From an uncultured candidatus Brocadiaceae bacterium (GTDB lineage: Bacteria; Planctomycetota; UBA11346), in assembly GCA_964652775.1 (NCBI GenBank), contig CAZZAM010000004.1:112947-176946 (forward strand): a DNA stretch of 64,000 bases. The letters are read 5' to 3'. A program made the translations under genes and the position numbers. Every line of letters begins with the position of its first letter. The stretch's first letter is position 1. This document shows positions 18,149-26,552 of this stretch, in pieces. The notes beneath the pieces are model-generated. The model saw nothing but the letters and a program-made list of their open reading frames with translations, was not told the DNA's origin and did no database searches.

Positions 18149-19567
18149 ATGGCTGTCGTCGGCTCAGTTGCCGTCGCGTCTTCGGTGGTGGTCCGCTGGT
18201 TGTTGCCAGTGGTCATTGCCGCAGCGGCATCGTGGGCTGGCTGGTGGTTTTTTGCGCACCAAACCGTGACGCTGGATCCTCGACTGCCGGGAAGCGATCG
18301 TCCAGCCGGCATGGCGGTGGTCGCACGAGTGAATCTGATGGGCAGCTTTACGCAGGGTACTGGCATACCGTTGGTCGAGTCTGAACCGCATACGTGGCCA
18401 GGCTTCCGTGGCAGTGCGGGCGACAACGTGGCGCGGAGCAACGCACTCGGCACGACGTTCCCACCCACTGGTCCACGCAAGGTCTGGTCATTGCCACTTG
18501 GTTTTGGTTATGCTGGTCCGGCGGTGGCCGAGGGTCGAGTCTATATTCTCGACTACGACCAGAAACGACAGGCCGACGCATTGCGCTGTTTGTCACTTGC
18601 CGATGGAGTCGAAATCTGGCGGCGTAGTTACGCCGTGAAGGTGAAATTCAATCACGGGATGTCGCGCACGGTGCCGGCGATCGGTGGTGGGTGCGTGGTT
18701 ACTATTGGACCGAAGTGTCATGTTCTCTGCGTCGATGCGCGGAGTGGTGATTTTCGTTGGGGCATTGATCTCGTGCGGGATGTCGGAACCAAAGAGCCAC
18801 CGTGGTACGCTGGCCAGTGTCCGCTCATTGATGGCAATCGGGTGATTCTTGCTCCGGCCGGGCCTGATGTACTGCTGATGGCGGTGGACCTCGGCACGGG
18901 AAAGCCGCTGTGGACTACGGCGAACACGCAGGGTTGGTCGATGACGCACTCGTCGGTGGTCAAAGCGACGTTATGCGGCCGCGAGGAGTTCATCTATTGT
19001 GGAAGCGGCGGTGTGGTTGGTGTCGATGCCCGTGATGGCCAGGTGTTGTGGCAGACCAACGCGTGGAAGATTAATATCGCCACCGTTCCGACACCAATTC
19101 CCTGCGGTAATGACCGTGTTTTTGTGTGCGGTGGTTACAATGCTGGTTCGGCCATGCTGAACATGCGCGAACAGGGCGGAAAGCTGGAGGCAGCGGTGCA
19201 GTGGCGTCTTCCGGCCAAAGAATTCGGCAGCGATCAGCAAACGCCGGTGCTGTTCGGCGACCGTATCTACGGTGTCATTCCCGATGGCCAACTCGTCTGC
19301 CTTGGTCTTGACGGCACCCGACTCTGGAGCAGTGGCATGAGCAACCGTTTTGGTCTGGGGCCATATCTGATCGCCTCCCAAGCCGTGTGGCTCTTGGATG
19401 ACAACGGCACGCTGAGTGTGGCAGCAACCACCACGGATCATTTCGAACGCCTGGCCACAGCCAAGGTCCTCACTGGTCACGATGCATGGGGACCGATGGC
19501 TGTCGTGGGCAACCGCCTACTGGCGCGTGATCTTGACACCCTGGTTTGTTTGGAGGTGAACCCATGA
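18149..19567 (+). CDS. PQQ-like (BamB-type) beta-propeller repeat protein with N-terminal membrane anchor
   Basis: N-terminal TM (WLLPVVIAAAASWAGWWFFA), then repeated blade motifs (G.VYILD..., LWQTNAW, G.DGTRLWSS) of the PQQ-enzyme-repeat superfamily. First gene of the long coupled operon. Confidence 0.75.
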   Translation: MAVVGSVAVASSVVVRWLLPVVIAAAASWAGWWFFAHQTVTLDPRLPGSDRPAGMAVVARVNLMGSFTQGTGIPLVESEPHTWPGFRGSAGDNVARSNALGTTFPPTGPRKVWSLPLGFGYAGPAVAEGRVYILDYDQKRQADALRCLSLADGVEIWRRSYAVKVKFNHGMSRTVPAIGGGCVVTIGPKCHVLCVDARSGDFRWGIDLVRDVGTKEPPWYAGQCPLIDGNRVILAPAGPDVLLMAVDLGTGKPLWTTANTQGWSMTHSSVVKATLCGREEFIYCGSGGVVGVDARDGQVLWQTNAWKINIATVPTPIPCGNDRVFVCGGYNAGSAMLNMREQGGKLEAAVQWRLPAKEFGSDQQTPVLFGDRIYGVIPDGQLVCLGLDGTRLWSSGMSNRFGLGPYLIASQAVWLLDDNGTLSVAATTTDHFERLATAKVLTGHDAWGPMAVVGNRLLARDLDTLVCLEVNP

Positions 19568-20541
19568 GCGAAACTCCAGCGCCACCCAACAACGTCCCGC
19601 GACGAAAATTGCTGCAGATCGGCATTGCTGGCCTTGGCATCGGCATTGCCAGTGCAGCTGCGTGGGCCGCCGGACGGCGTGAGCCGGATGGCGAAGTGTT
19701 GTACAACGACACCGCCTGGCGGCGCACCGATCCAGCGCTCATCCGCTATCGTGAAGTCGAGCGCATTCCCACCGGTTTGCAGCGTCCACGCGCTCTGGCG
19801 ATTGCGCACGACGGCACACTGTACATCGCCGGAGACCGTTGCGTCGTATCGATTGCCCCCGAGGGCAAACGCCGCTCCGAAGTGGCCTGTGCGGACGCTC
19901 CGCGTTCATTGGCGATCACCACGGATGGCACCGTTCTGGTTGGATTGCGTGATCGCGTCCAGCCGATCAGTAGGGATACTGCGGGTCCGACCTGGGAGGC
20001 CTTGGCTGTCGATGCGCAGATCACCGGTCTTGCAGCACATCCATCCGGTGATGTGTATGCCGCTGATGCCGGTGGGCGGGCATTGTGGCGTTTCCGTGAT
20101 GGCAAGGCGCTCAACCGGATTGGCGGTGAAGGTGATCACGAGTTTATTATCCCCAGCCCGTACATGGATGTGCAGATTGGCCCCGATGGCTTGGTCTGGG
20201 TGGCCAACACCGGTCGCCATCGCTTGGAGGCCTACGATCAGCAGGATCATCGCGTGCGCATGTGGGGAGCCGAAGGCTTCGCGATCGAACGTTTCTGTGG
20301 CTGCTGTAATCCCGCTGATTTTTCCGTGTTACCAGATGGTCGTTTCATCACCAGCGAGAAGGGACTGCCACGGGTGAAGCGTTACGCCGCAGATGGTCGC
20401 TTTGAGTGCGTGGTCGCAGCGGTTGAGACGTTTGCGCCGCAAACCGTCGGGCTGGATATCGCGGTGGCTGCTGACGGTCGCGTGCTGATCCTCGATCCGA
20501 TTGAAAAGGCCGTACGGATCTATGTGGAGAAGAACGCATGA
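19564..20541 (+). CDS. TAT-exported NHL-repeat beta-propeller protein
   Basis: Twin-arginine signal (VPRRKLLQIGIAGLGIGIASAAAWA); repeated DG.LYIAG / DGTVLVG / SGDVYAAD / DGLVWVAN / DGRFITS / DGRVLILD blades typical of NHL/SMP-30-like 6-bladed propellers; unusual CGCC motif (ERFCGCCNPADF). Its ATG overlaps the previous stop (ATGA). Confidence 0.65.
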   Translation: MSETPAPPNNVPRRKLLQIGIAGLGIGIASAAAWAAGRREPDGEVLYNDTAWRRTDPALIRYREVERIPTGLQRPRALAIAHDGTLYIAGDRCVVSIAPEGKRRSEVACADAPRSLAITTDGTVLVGLRDRVQPISRDTAGPTWEALAVDAQITGLAAHPSGDVYAADAGGRALWRFRDGKALNRIGGEGDHEFIIPSPYMDVQIGPDGLVWVANTGRHRLEAYDQQDHRVRMWGAEGFAIERFCGCCNPADFSVLPDGRFITSEKGLPRVKRYAADGRFECVVAAVETFAPQTVGLDIAVAADGRVLILDPIEKAVRIYVEKNA

Positions 20542-20735
20542 AGGATCGCCGCAGTTTCTTGCGTTGGTTTGCGCTCGGCGCTCTGGCCACCGGCCTGGCG
20601 ACGTTAATCACCAGACGTGGCACAACCCCATCGAGTGAGACCTGTGTAAATCAGGGGCTCTGTCGTGGTTGTGGTGCTTACGATGGCTGTCATCTGCCAC
20701 AGGCCTTGTCTATGAAGCAGGAGCTGCGGCGATGA
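20538..20735 (+). CDS. Small (65 aa) twin-arginine-signal Cys-rich protein
   Basis: MKDRRSFLRWFALGALATGLATLI matches the TAT consensus (RRxFL + hydrophobic region), followed by CVNQGLCRGCGAYDGCH (C-x5-C-x2-C-x5-C-H). Its start overlaps the NHL-protein stop (ATGA) and its stop overlaps the ferredoxin start, consistent with translational coupling. Confidence 0.45.
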   Translation: MKDRRSFLRWFALGALATGLATLITRRGTTPSSETCVNQGLCRGCGAYDGCHLPQALSMKQELRR

Positions 20736-21274
20736 ACTTCACCCGCCGCGACATGCTGCGAGGCATTGGCATCCTGGCAGTGGCGTCGGGAGTTGGCGCT
20801 GCGGCGCATGGCGTACCAGGACCACGGACCGTGTGGCAGATCGATCCGCACAAGTGCACCCAGTGCGGACGCTGTGCTCATACGTGCGTGCTGACACCAT
20901 CAGCGGTGAAATGCGTTCACGCGTATGCGGTATGTGGTTACTGCGACCTGTGCACCGGATTCTTCGAGGCCGAAGCCAATGGACTCAACACTGGCGCCGA
21001 GAATCAACTCTGCCCAACCAACGCGATCCAACGCCGTTTTGTCGAAGATCCGTATTTCGCTTATCACATTGACGAAAGCGCCTGCATCGGTTGCGCGCGC
21101 TGCGTGAAGGGCTGTTCATCGTACGGAAACGGCTCGATGTTTTTGCAGATCCGCCATGATCGCTGCGTCAACTGCAACCAATGCTCGATCGCCAGTGACT
21201 GTCCAGCGCAGGCCATTCACCGCGTCCCAGCCGATCAGCCCTACATCCTCAAGACGAAACCGGGGAAGGCGTGA
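20732..21274 (+). CDS. TAT-exported poly-ferredoxin (NapG/MauM/NosG-like, 4x[4Fe-4S])
   Basis: TAT signal MNFTRRDMLRGIGILAVASGVGAAAHG, then four Cys clusters (CTQCGRCAHTC; CGYCDLC...CP; CIGCARCVKGC; CVNCNQCSIASDCP). Confidence 0.8.
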   Translation: MNFTRRDMLRGIGILAVASGVGAAAHGVPGPRTVWQIDPHKCTQCGRCAHTCVLTPSAVKCVHAYAVCGYCDLCTGFFEAEANGLNTGAENQLCPTNAIQRRFVEDPYFAYHIDESACIGCARCVKGCSSYGNGSMFLQIRHDRCVNCNQCSIASDCPAQAIHRVPADQPYILKTKPGKA

Positions 21275-22554
21275 GCCGAATTGCGACGCTCAGCAAGTGG
21301 CGTTGCTCCGCCGTGCGCTGGGTCGCATTGCTGATGCTGGTGGCGTTTGCTTGTGCCGAGGAACGTTTCCCGCCGCCTGACTTCAGTCCCGGATATACGA
21401 TTCCATCGACCACCGTTCCTGGGCCACGCGCCGAGTGGCTGGCGGTTCTCGATGTGGTACTGCTTGCCCTGGCACTTGGCCTCGCGGGTTGGGCAACCTT
21501 GGTCAAACGCTCGCGCACTGCCGCGGTCTGGATCGCCGTTGGCTCCTTGCTGTGGTTTGGTTTTATGCGCCAAGGCTGCGTCTGTTCGATCGGTTCGATC
21601 CAAGATGTGACCCGAGCCGCGGCTCAAGGCGGGGGACTGAGTTGGGTTGCGGCGGCATTCTTTTTTCTGCCGCTGGCGACCGCCTTGATTGCTGGCCGCT
21701 TGTTTTGCAGCGGCGTCTGTCCGCTCGGCGCGATCCAGGATTTGGTCCTCGTGCAACCGTTGCGGCTGCCGAGTTGGCTGAGCGGATTTCTCAGCCTGTT
21801 TCCCTACGTCTATCTGGCATTGGCCGTCGTGTGGGCCGCAACTGGAGCCGCCTATGTCATCTGTGCGTACGATCCGTTTGTCGGCTTCTTCCGCTTCGGT
21901 GGACCGGCGTGGCTGTTGATTGCCGGTGGTGGTCTCTTGTTATTGGGCACGGTAGTTGGTCGGCCATACTGCCGTTTTTTGTGTCCGTATAGCGTGCTGT
22001 TGCGCTGGTTATCCCCGTTATCGCGCTGGCGCATCCGCATTCATCCGAGTGCCTGTACGAACTGCCGTCTGTGTGAAAATTCCTGCCCATTTGATGCGAT
22101 AGCCATGCCTGTGCAGACTGCTGCGCCGCGTCCATCGCGTGTGCTGTTGGCGGTACTAGTGCTCGCCGCCCCGCTGTTGGTTGCGCTTGGTGGATGGCTG
22201 GGTTGGCGCTCGGGTGACACGCTTGCTGGTCGCCATGCGACGGTTGCGTTGGCGGAGCGTATCCGTGCAGAGGACGCCGGCACCGCTATGAGCGCAAACG
22301 ATGCGGCCGAATCCTTCCGCCGAACCGGTAAACCGACGGAAGCACTGTTTGCCGCCGCTGCGGACGTTCGCCAACAGACCAATATGTACGCAGCCGCCGC
22401 CGGTGCGTTCCTGGGACTCGTCGTCGCCGTGGGATTAATTCGCCGCAGCCGACGTCAGCACCAGACCACCTACGAAGCCGAGCCAGGAACTTGTTTGTCG
22501 TGTGCTCGTTGCCTTCCCGATTGTCCAGGCGGACTTCCAGCGGTGACCACATGA
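21271..22554 (+). CDS. Membrane-bound Fe-S protein, NapH/MauN/NosH/CcoG-like
   Basis: Multiple TM helices with the paired C-x3-CP motifs typical of NapH (CSGVCPLG, CRFLCPYS), plus a ferredoxin motif CTNCRLCENSCP. GTG start overlaps the previous stop. Confidence 0.8.
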   Translation: MSRIATLSKWRCSAVRWVALLMLVAFACAEERFPPPDFSPGYTIPSTTVPGPRAEWLAVLDVVLLALALGLAGWATLVKRSRTAAVWIAVGSLLWFGFMRQGCVCSIGSIQDVTRAAAQGGGLSWVAAAFFFLPLATALIAGRLFCSGVCPLGAIQDLVLVQPLRLPSWLSGFLSLFPYVYLALAVVWAATGAAYVICAYDPFVGFFRFGGPAWLLIAGGGLLLLGTVVGRPYCRFLCPYSVLLRWLSPLSRWRIRIHPSACTNCRLCENSCPFDAIAMPVQTAAPRPSRVLLAVLVLAAPLLVALGGWLGWRSGDTLAGRHATVALAERIRAEDAGTAMSANDAAESFRRTGKPTEALFAAAADVRQQTNMYAAAAGAFLGLVVAVGLIRRSRRQHQTTYEAEPGTCLSCARCLPDCPGGLPAVTT

Positions 22555-24212
22555 GGCGCATTCCCTGGCTAGTTATCGCGGTTATTGCTGGGCTTTTCTC
22601 GGTTATGATCACAGCGGCGATGATCGCCAATCTGAGTCACCTGCGCAGTGCAGATCCGCTCCGGAACGGTGATCTAGCGGCTTTGAAAGCGGAGCTCGCC
22701 CAGCATCCCAAAGACGAAGCGCTGAAGACCAAGATCCGTGAACACGATGCCGCGGTTCGCAGTCGTTGGTTTAGTAGCGTTGCGGTCGGCCAACGCGGAG
22801 CTTGGTTGTTATTGCTTGGTGTCGCACTGACCGTGCTGGCAGTAAAACAGGGTCTCCGTGCGCAGGAGGCTCCATTTGACCCGCGACCAGTCCCGCCGCC
22901 GAATCCCACCCGCGTTGTGGCGATGTCACGCTGGGGCTTGGCCGCCGGTGGGATCGTGCTCGCCATAGGACTGTTGCTACTCGGTGGCCAACCAACACCG
23001 GAGTCACAGTCAAGCGGCGAGGTCACAGTACGCTCGCAGCCGTCGCCCGCAGAGTTGGCGCGGAATTGGCCAAGCTTTCGTGGCTCGGCGTCCGGGCTAG
23101 CCGCTGGTGCGGCGCCAATTGCATGGGACGCAGTCGCTGGCACCGGAGTTCTTTGGAAAATTGAACCACCACTGCCGGGACTTTCATCTCCAGTAGTCTG
23201 GGGCGATACCGTGTATGTGAGTGGATCAGATGGTAAAAACCAGGAGATATCAGCGTATGCCAGCGCCACTGGCGACCGGCGTTGGTCGTGTCGAATTCCG
23301 CTGCCAGCGGGCGCTGTCGTCGAAGCCTACGAGGCAACTGGGCATGCGGCACCAACGCCAGTAACTGACGGACAGGTGGTGGTTGGCGTGTTTGCTTCTG
23401 GGGTGCTTGCTGCGGTATCCTGTGATGGCCGTCTCCTGTGGAGTCAGTCGCTCGGCATACCAGATAATTCGTACAGTCTCGCTGCGTCGCCGGTGATTTG
23501 GCAGGACCGCGTGATTATGCAACTGGATCAGGGCGCGGTCGAAGACGGTCGCTCGGCTCTATTGGCATTCGATCTCAGCAACGGACGGAAATTATGGCGC
23601 ACGGCGCGACCGGTTGCCGCTTCATGGGCTTCTCCGTTGGTGACAACATTGGCTGGGCGCGCGCAAGTAATCACCTGTTCTGATCCGTGGGTAATTTCCT
23701 ATGACCCTGCGCAAGGACGAGAATGGTGGCGAGCCAAAGTTCTTTCCGGCGAGGTGTCGTCGTCGCCCACGGTTGCCGGTGGATGTGTCATCGCCGTAAA
23801 ACCCAATGCTGAATTGGTGGCGATTCGTCCTGATGGCAGCGGCGATGTGACGGCAAGTCACATCGCATGGCGTGGCGAAGACTCAGTTCCTGATATGTCG
23901 AGTCCAACTGGTGACGCAACAATGTTGGCATTATTCAATGGTGACATGTTGTGCTGTGACGCCGTGACAGGGACAAAACTCTGGCAGCATCCAGGCACTA
24001 ACGCGGTGATTGCATCGCCGATTATTGCCGACGGAAGACTCTACGTCATCGACGAGACTGGTTCGACGACTATCTTTGCTTGGGACCGGAGCTTGAAAGT
24101 CCTCGGTACGGCGCACTTCGGCGAGAAGATTTCATCAACACCGGCGGTGGTGGATGGGCGCATCTATGTACGCGGCGACAAGCATCTCTTTTGCATCGGT
24201 TCAGCGCCGTGA
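22551..24212 (+). CDS. PQQ-like beta-propeller repeat protein with N-terminal membrane anchor
   Basis: TM helix (IPWLVIAVIAGLFSVMITAAMIA), a long linker, then PQQ-like blades (WPSFRGS, DTVYVSGSDG, GRKLWRT, GTKLWQH, DGRLYVIDETG, DGRIYVRGD). ATGA overlap with the previous gene. Confidence 0.75.
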   Translation: MRRIPWLVIAVIAGLFSVMITAAMIANLSHLRSADPLRNGDLAALKAELAQHPKDEALKTKIREHDAAVRSRWFSSVAVGQRGAWLLLLGVALTVLAVKQGLRAQEAPFDPRPVPPPNPTRVVAMSRWGLAAGGIVLAIGLLLLGGQPTPESQSSGEVTVRSQPSPAELARNWPSFRGSASGLAAGAAPIAWDAVAGTGVLWKIEPPLPGLSSPVVWGDTVYVSGSDGKNQEISAYASATGDRRWSCRIPLPAGAVVEAYEATGHAAPTPVTDGQVVVGVFASGVLAAVSCDGRLLWSQSLGIPDNSYSLAASPVIWQDRVIMQLDQGAVEDGRSALLAFDLSNGRKLWRTARPVAASWASPLVTTLAGRAQVITCSDPWVISYDPAQGREWWRAKVLSGEVSSSPTVAGGCVIAVKPNAELVAIRPDGSGDVTASHIAWRGEDSVPDMSSPTGDATMLALFNGDMLCCDAVTGTKLWQHPGTNAVIASPIIADGRLYVIDETGSTTIFAWDRSLKVLGTAHFGEKISSTPAVVDGRIYVRGDKHLFCIGSAP

Positions 24213-26527
24213 CGGCAACCATTGATCTCACAGCAGTCGATTCGGCCATCGCGCGTCACGGTGGAAAACCGGATGCGTTGATTCCATTGTTACAGGATCT
24301 CCAGCGCCATTACCGTTGGCTGCCACCGCCAGCATTGGCGCGACTGTCCGAGTTGACCGGCATTCATCCGGTATCCGTTGCCGGAGTCTCGACATTTTAC
24401 GATCAATTCCGCCATCGGCCGGCTGGACGTCATCTCATTCATATTTGCCACGGCACTGCCTGCCACGTCAAGGGTTCGCAACAAATTGAAGCCTCGTTGC
24501 GCCGTCACCTGAAACTCAGCGATGATGCCGACACCGACGCCAAGGGCGTGTTTACCATCCAGCCGGTTGCGTGTTTGGGATGTTGCACGTTGGCGCCGGT
24601 CGTGCAGTGCGCTGGCGCGACCTATGGCCATCTGACTCCGGAAAAAGTCAGCGGCATACTTGACGATGTCTTGGCGCGGGAACGTGCCGGTGTGATCGTG
24701 CCACAGGCATCTGCGATCGGTGGTGGCGGCGGACCTGAATTGCGGGTTGGTTGTGGCTCGTGCTGTCTCGCCAATGGCAGTGGCGAGGTGAAGCAGGAAA
24801 TGGAACGCGAGTTGACCCGCCTCGGTCGCCAGGCGATCGTGCGTCCGGTTGGCTGTGTCGGTATGTGTCACCGCACGCCGCTGGTCGAAGTCGCTGATGC
24901 ACATGGTGTGGTCAGTAGCTATGGCAATGTCGCGGCAGCAGATGTTGCGGCGATCGTACGTCGCCACCTGCCCCCGCGTAGTTTTGCCGAGCGAATCAGG
25001 CGTATTGCCGTTGCCATGATCGATAAACTCGCTGGCGAAGAAGGTTCGGCTACTGTTGATCGTTTGGCGTTAGATCAGCGCGATCCGCATTTGTGCGGAT
25101 TTCTTGGCCCGCAGCGACGTATCGCAACGGAGCACAGCGGTGAGATCGAGCCGCTTAACCTCGAAGCATGGTTGGCGAAGGGGGCGTTCTCGGCGTTACG
25201 TCAGGCTCTGGCGACCGATCCAACGGCGATCATTACGTGCATCAGTGCGTCTGGATTGCGTGGTCGCGGCGGCGCTGGATTTCCCACTGGCCGCAAATGG
25301 GCGGCAGCGCGGGCGGCGGCCGATCCGCTGCGTTATGTGGTGTGCAACGGTGACGAAGGCGACCCCGGCGCATTTATGGACCGGATGATTCTTGAGTCGT
25401 TCCCATTCCGTGTCCTGGAAGGGTTGGCTATCGCCGCCCATGCGGTCGGTGCGCGGGAGGGAATTCTCTATATCCGTGCTGAGTATCCGTTGGCGGTGAC
25501 GCGGATCCGCGAGGCGATTGAGCGCTGTGCCTCATTACTTGCGCCGCTCCGCCTGCGGGTCGTCGAAGGCGCTGGTGCCTTCGTGTGTGGCGAAGAAACA
25601 GCGCTGATTGCATCGGTTGAAGGTCAACGTGGCACACCGCGTCTGCGTCCGCCGTTTCCAGTTGAATCGGGGCTGTGGGGCCATCCGACCTGCGTCAACA
25701 ATGTTGAAACTCTGGCCCTGGTGCCGTGGATTGTGACCAACGGCAGTGCGGCATTTGCCGCGGTCGGAACGAAAGGTAGCACCGGAACCAAGGTGTTCGC
25801 GTTGGCGGGCAAGATTAAACACGGCGGCCTGATCGAAGTACCGATGGGCACTAGTCTGCGCACGATCGTCGAGGACATCGGTGGTGGCGTTGCCAATGGT
25901 GGGCAATTCAAGGCGGTGCAAATAGGTGGGCCGAGTGGAGGTTGTATACCGGCAGAACTGTGCGATTTGCCGGTGGATTATGACGCCCTTGCTGGAGCTG
26001 GTGCGATCATGGGCTCCGGCGGATTGGTCGTGCTTGATCAGCGTGACTGCATGGTCGACATCAGTCGCTACTTTCTCCACTTCACCCAAGAGCAATCGTG
26101 CGGCAAATGCACGTTCTGTCGCTTGGGTACCAAGCGCATGCTCGATATCCTTGATCGCCTATGCACCGGTCACGGCAAAGCTGCCGACCTAGTCAAGCTT
26201 GAAGAGTTGGCCGGACAGGTACAGGCATCCAGTCTGTGTGGACTTGGTCAAACCGCGCCGAATCCGGTGCTGACGACGCTACGTCATTTCCGCAGTGAAT
26301 ATGAGGCACATATCGCCGGGCGCTGTCCGGCGGGACGTTGTACGGCGCTGATTCGCTATCAGGTCACAGATACTTGTACCGGCTGCAGTAAATGCGCCCA
26401 AGTGTGTCCGGTTGCGGCAATTCCGTTCACGCCCTATCAGCGTCACCGCATCGACGTCGCGGCCTGCACCCGTTGTGATCAATGTCGGACGATCTGCCCC
26501 GAACGCGCCATCGAGGTGGTCTCATGA
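24209..26527 (+). CDS. Fused NuoE-like [2Fe-2S] / NuoF-like NAD(P)H-FMN / ferredoxin flavoprotein (HoxF/HydB/FdsB-like)
   Basis: NuoE-type thioredoxin-like 2Fe-2S motifs (CHGTACH...CLGCC), a second 2Fe-2S-like region (GCGSCCLANG...VGCVGMCH), NuoF 51-kDa motifs (GLRGRGGAGFPTGRKW; the 4Fe-4S region CGKCTFCR) and a C-terminal 2x[4Fe-4S] ferredoxin (CTGCSKCAQVCP, CTRCDQCRTICP). GTG start overlaps the previous stop (GTGA). Confidence 0.85.
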   Translation: MTATIDLTAVDSAIARHGGKPDALIPLLQDLQRHYRWLPPPALARLSELTGIHPVSVAGVSTFYDQFRHRPAGRHLIHICHGTACHVKGSQQIEASLRRHLKLSDDADTDAKGVFTIQPVACLGCCTLAPVVQCAGATYGHLTPEKVSGILDDVLARERAGVIVPQASAIGGGGGPELRVGCGSCCLANGSGEVKQEMERELTRLGRQAIVRPVGCVGMCHRTPLVEVADAHGVVSSYGNVAAADVAAIVRRHLPPRSFAERIRRIAVAMIDKLAGEEGSATVDRLALDQRDPHLCGFLGPQRRIATEHSGEIEPLNLEAWLAKGAFSALRQALATDPTAIITCISASGLRGRGGAGFPTGRKWAAARAAADPLRYVVCNGDEGDPGAFMDRMILESFPFRVLEGLAIAAHAVGAREGILYIRAEYPLAVTRIREAIERCASLLAPLRLRVVEGAGAFVCGEETALIASVEGQRGTPRLRPPFPVESGLWGHPTCVNNVETLALVPWIVTNGSAAFAAVGTKGSTGTKVFALAGKIKHGGLIEVPMGTSLRTIVEDIGGGVANGGQFKAVQIGGPSGGCIPAELCDLPVDYDALAGAGAIMGSGGLVVLDQRDCMVDISRYFLHFTQEQSCGKCTFCRLGTKRMLDILDRLCTGHGKAADLVKLEELAGQVQASSLCGLGQTAPNPVLTTLRHFRSEYEAHIAGRCPAGRCTALIRYQVTDTCTGCSKCAQVCPVAAIPFTPYQRHRIDVAACTRCDQCRTICPERAIEVVS

Positions 26528-26552
26528 CTGCTTCACATGCTGTGGCCGCTCC

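Noticed and set aside
20538-20735. Possibility that the 65-aa TAT ORF is merely a frameshifted first exon of the ferredoxin gene
   Set aside because: Not adopted as primary reading because the ferredoxin has its own complete TAT leader and start, and the micro-ORF has exact ATGA overlaps at both ends. It remains possible and is noted in the finding.
24080-24208. Upstream extension of the NuoEF-like ORF into the preceding propeller gene
   Set aside because: The extension is an out-of-frame overlap with the propeller C-terminus. The GTG at 24209 overlapping the TGA stop (GTGA) fits the coupling pattern seen throughout the operon.
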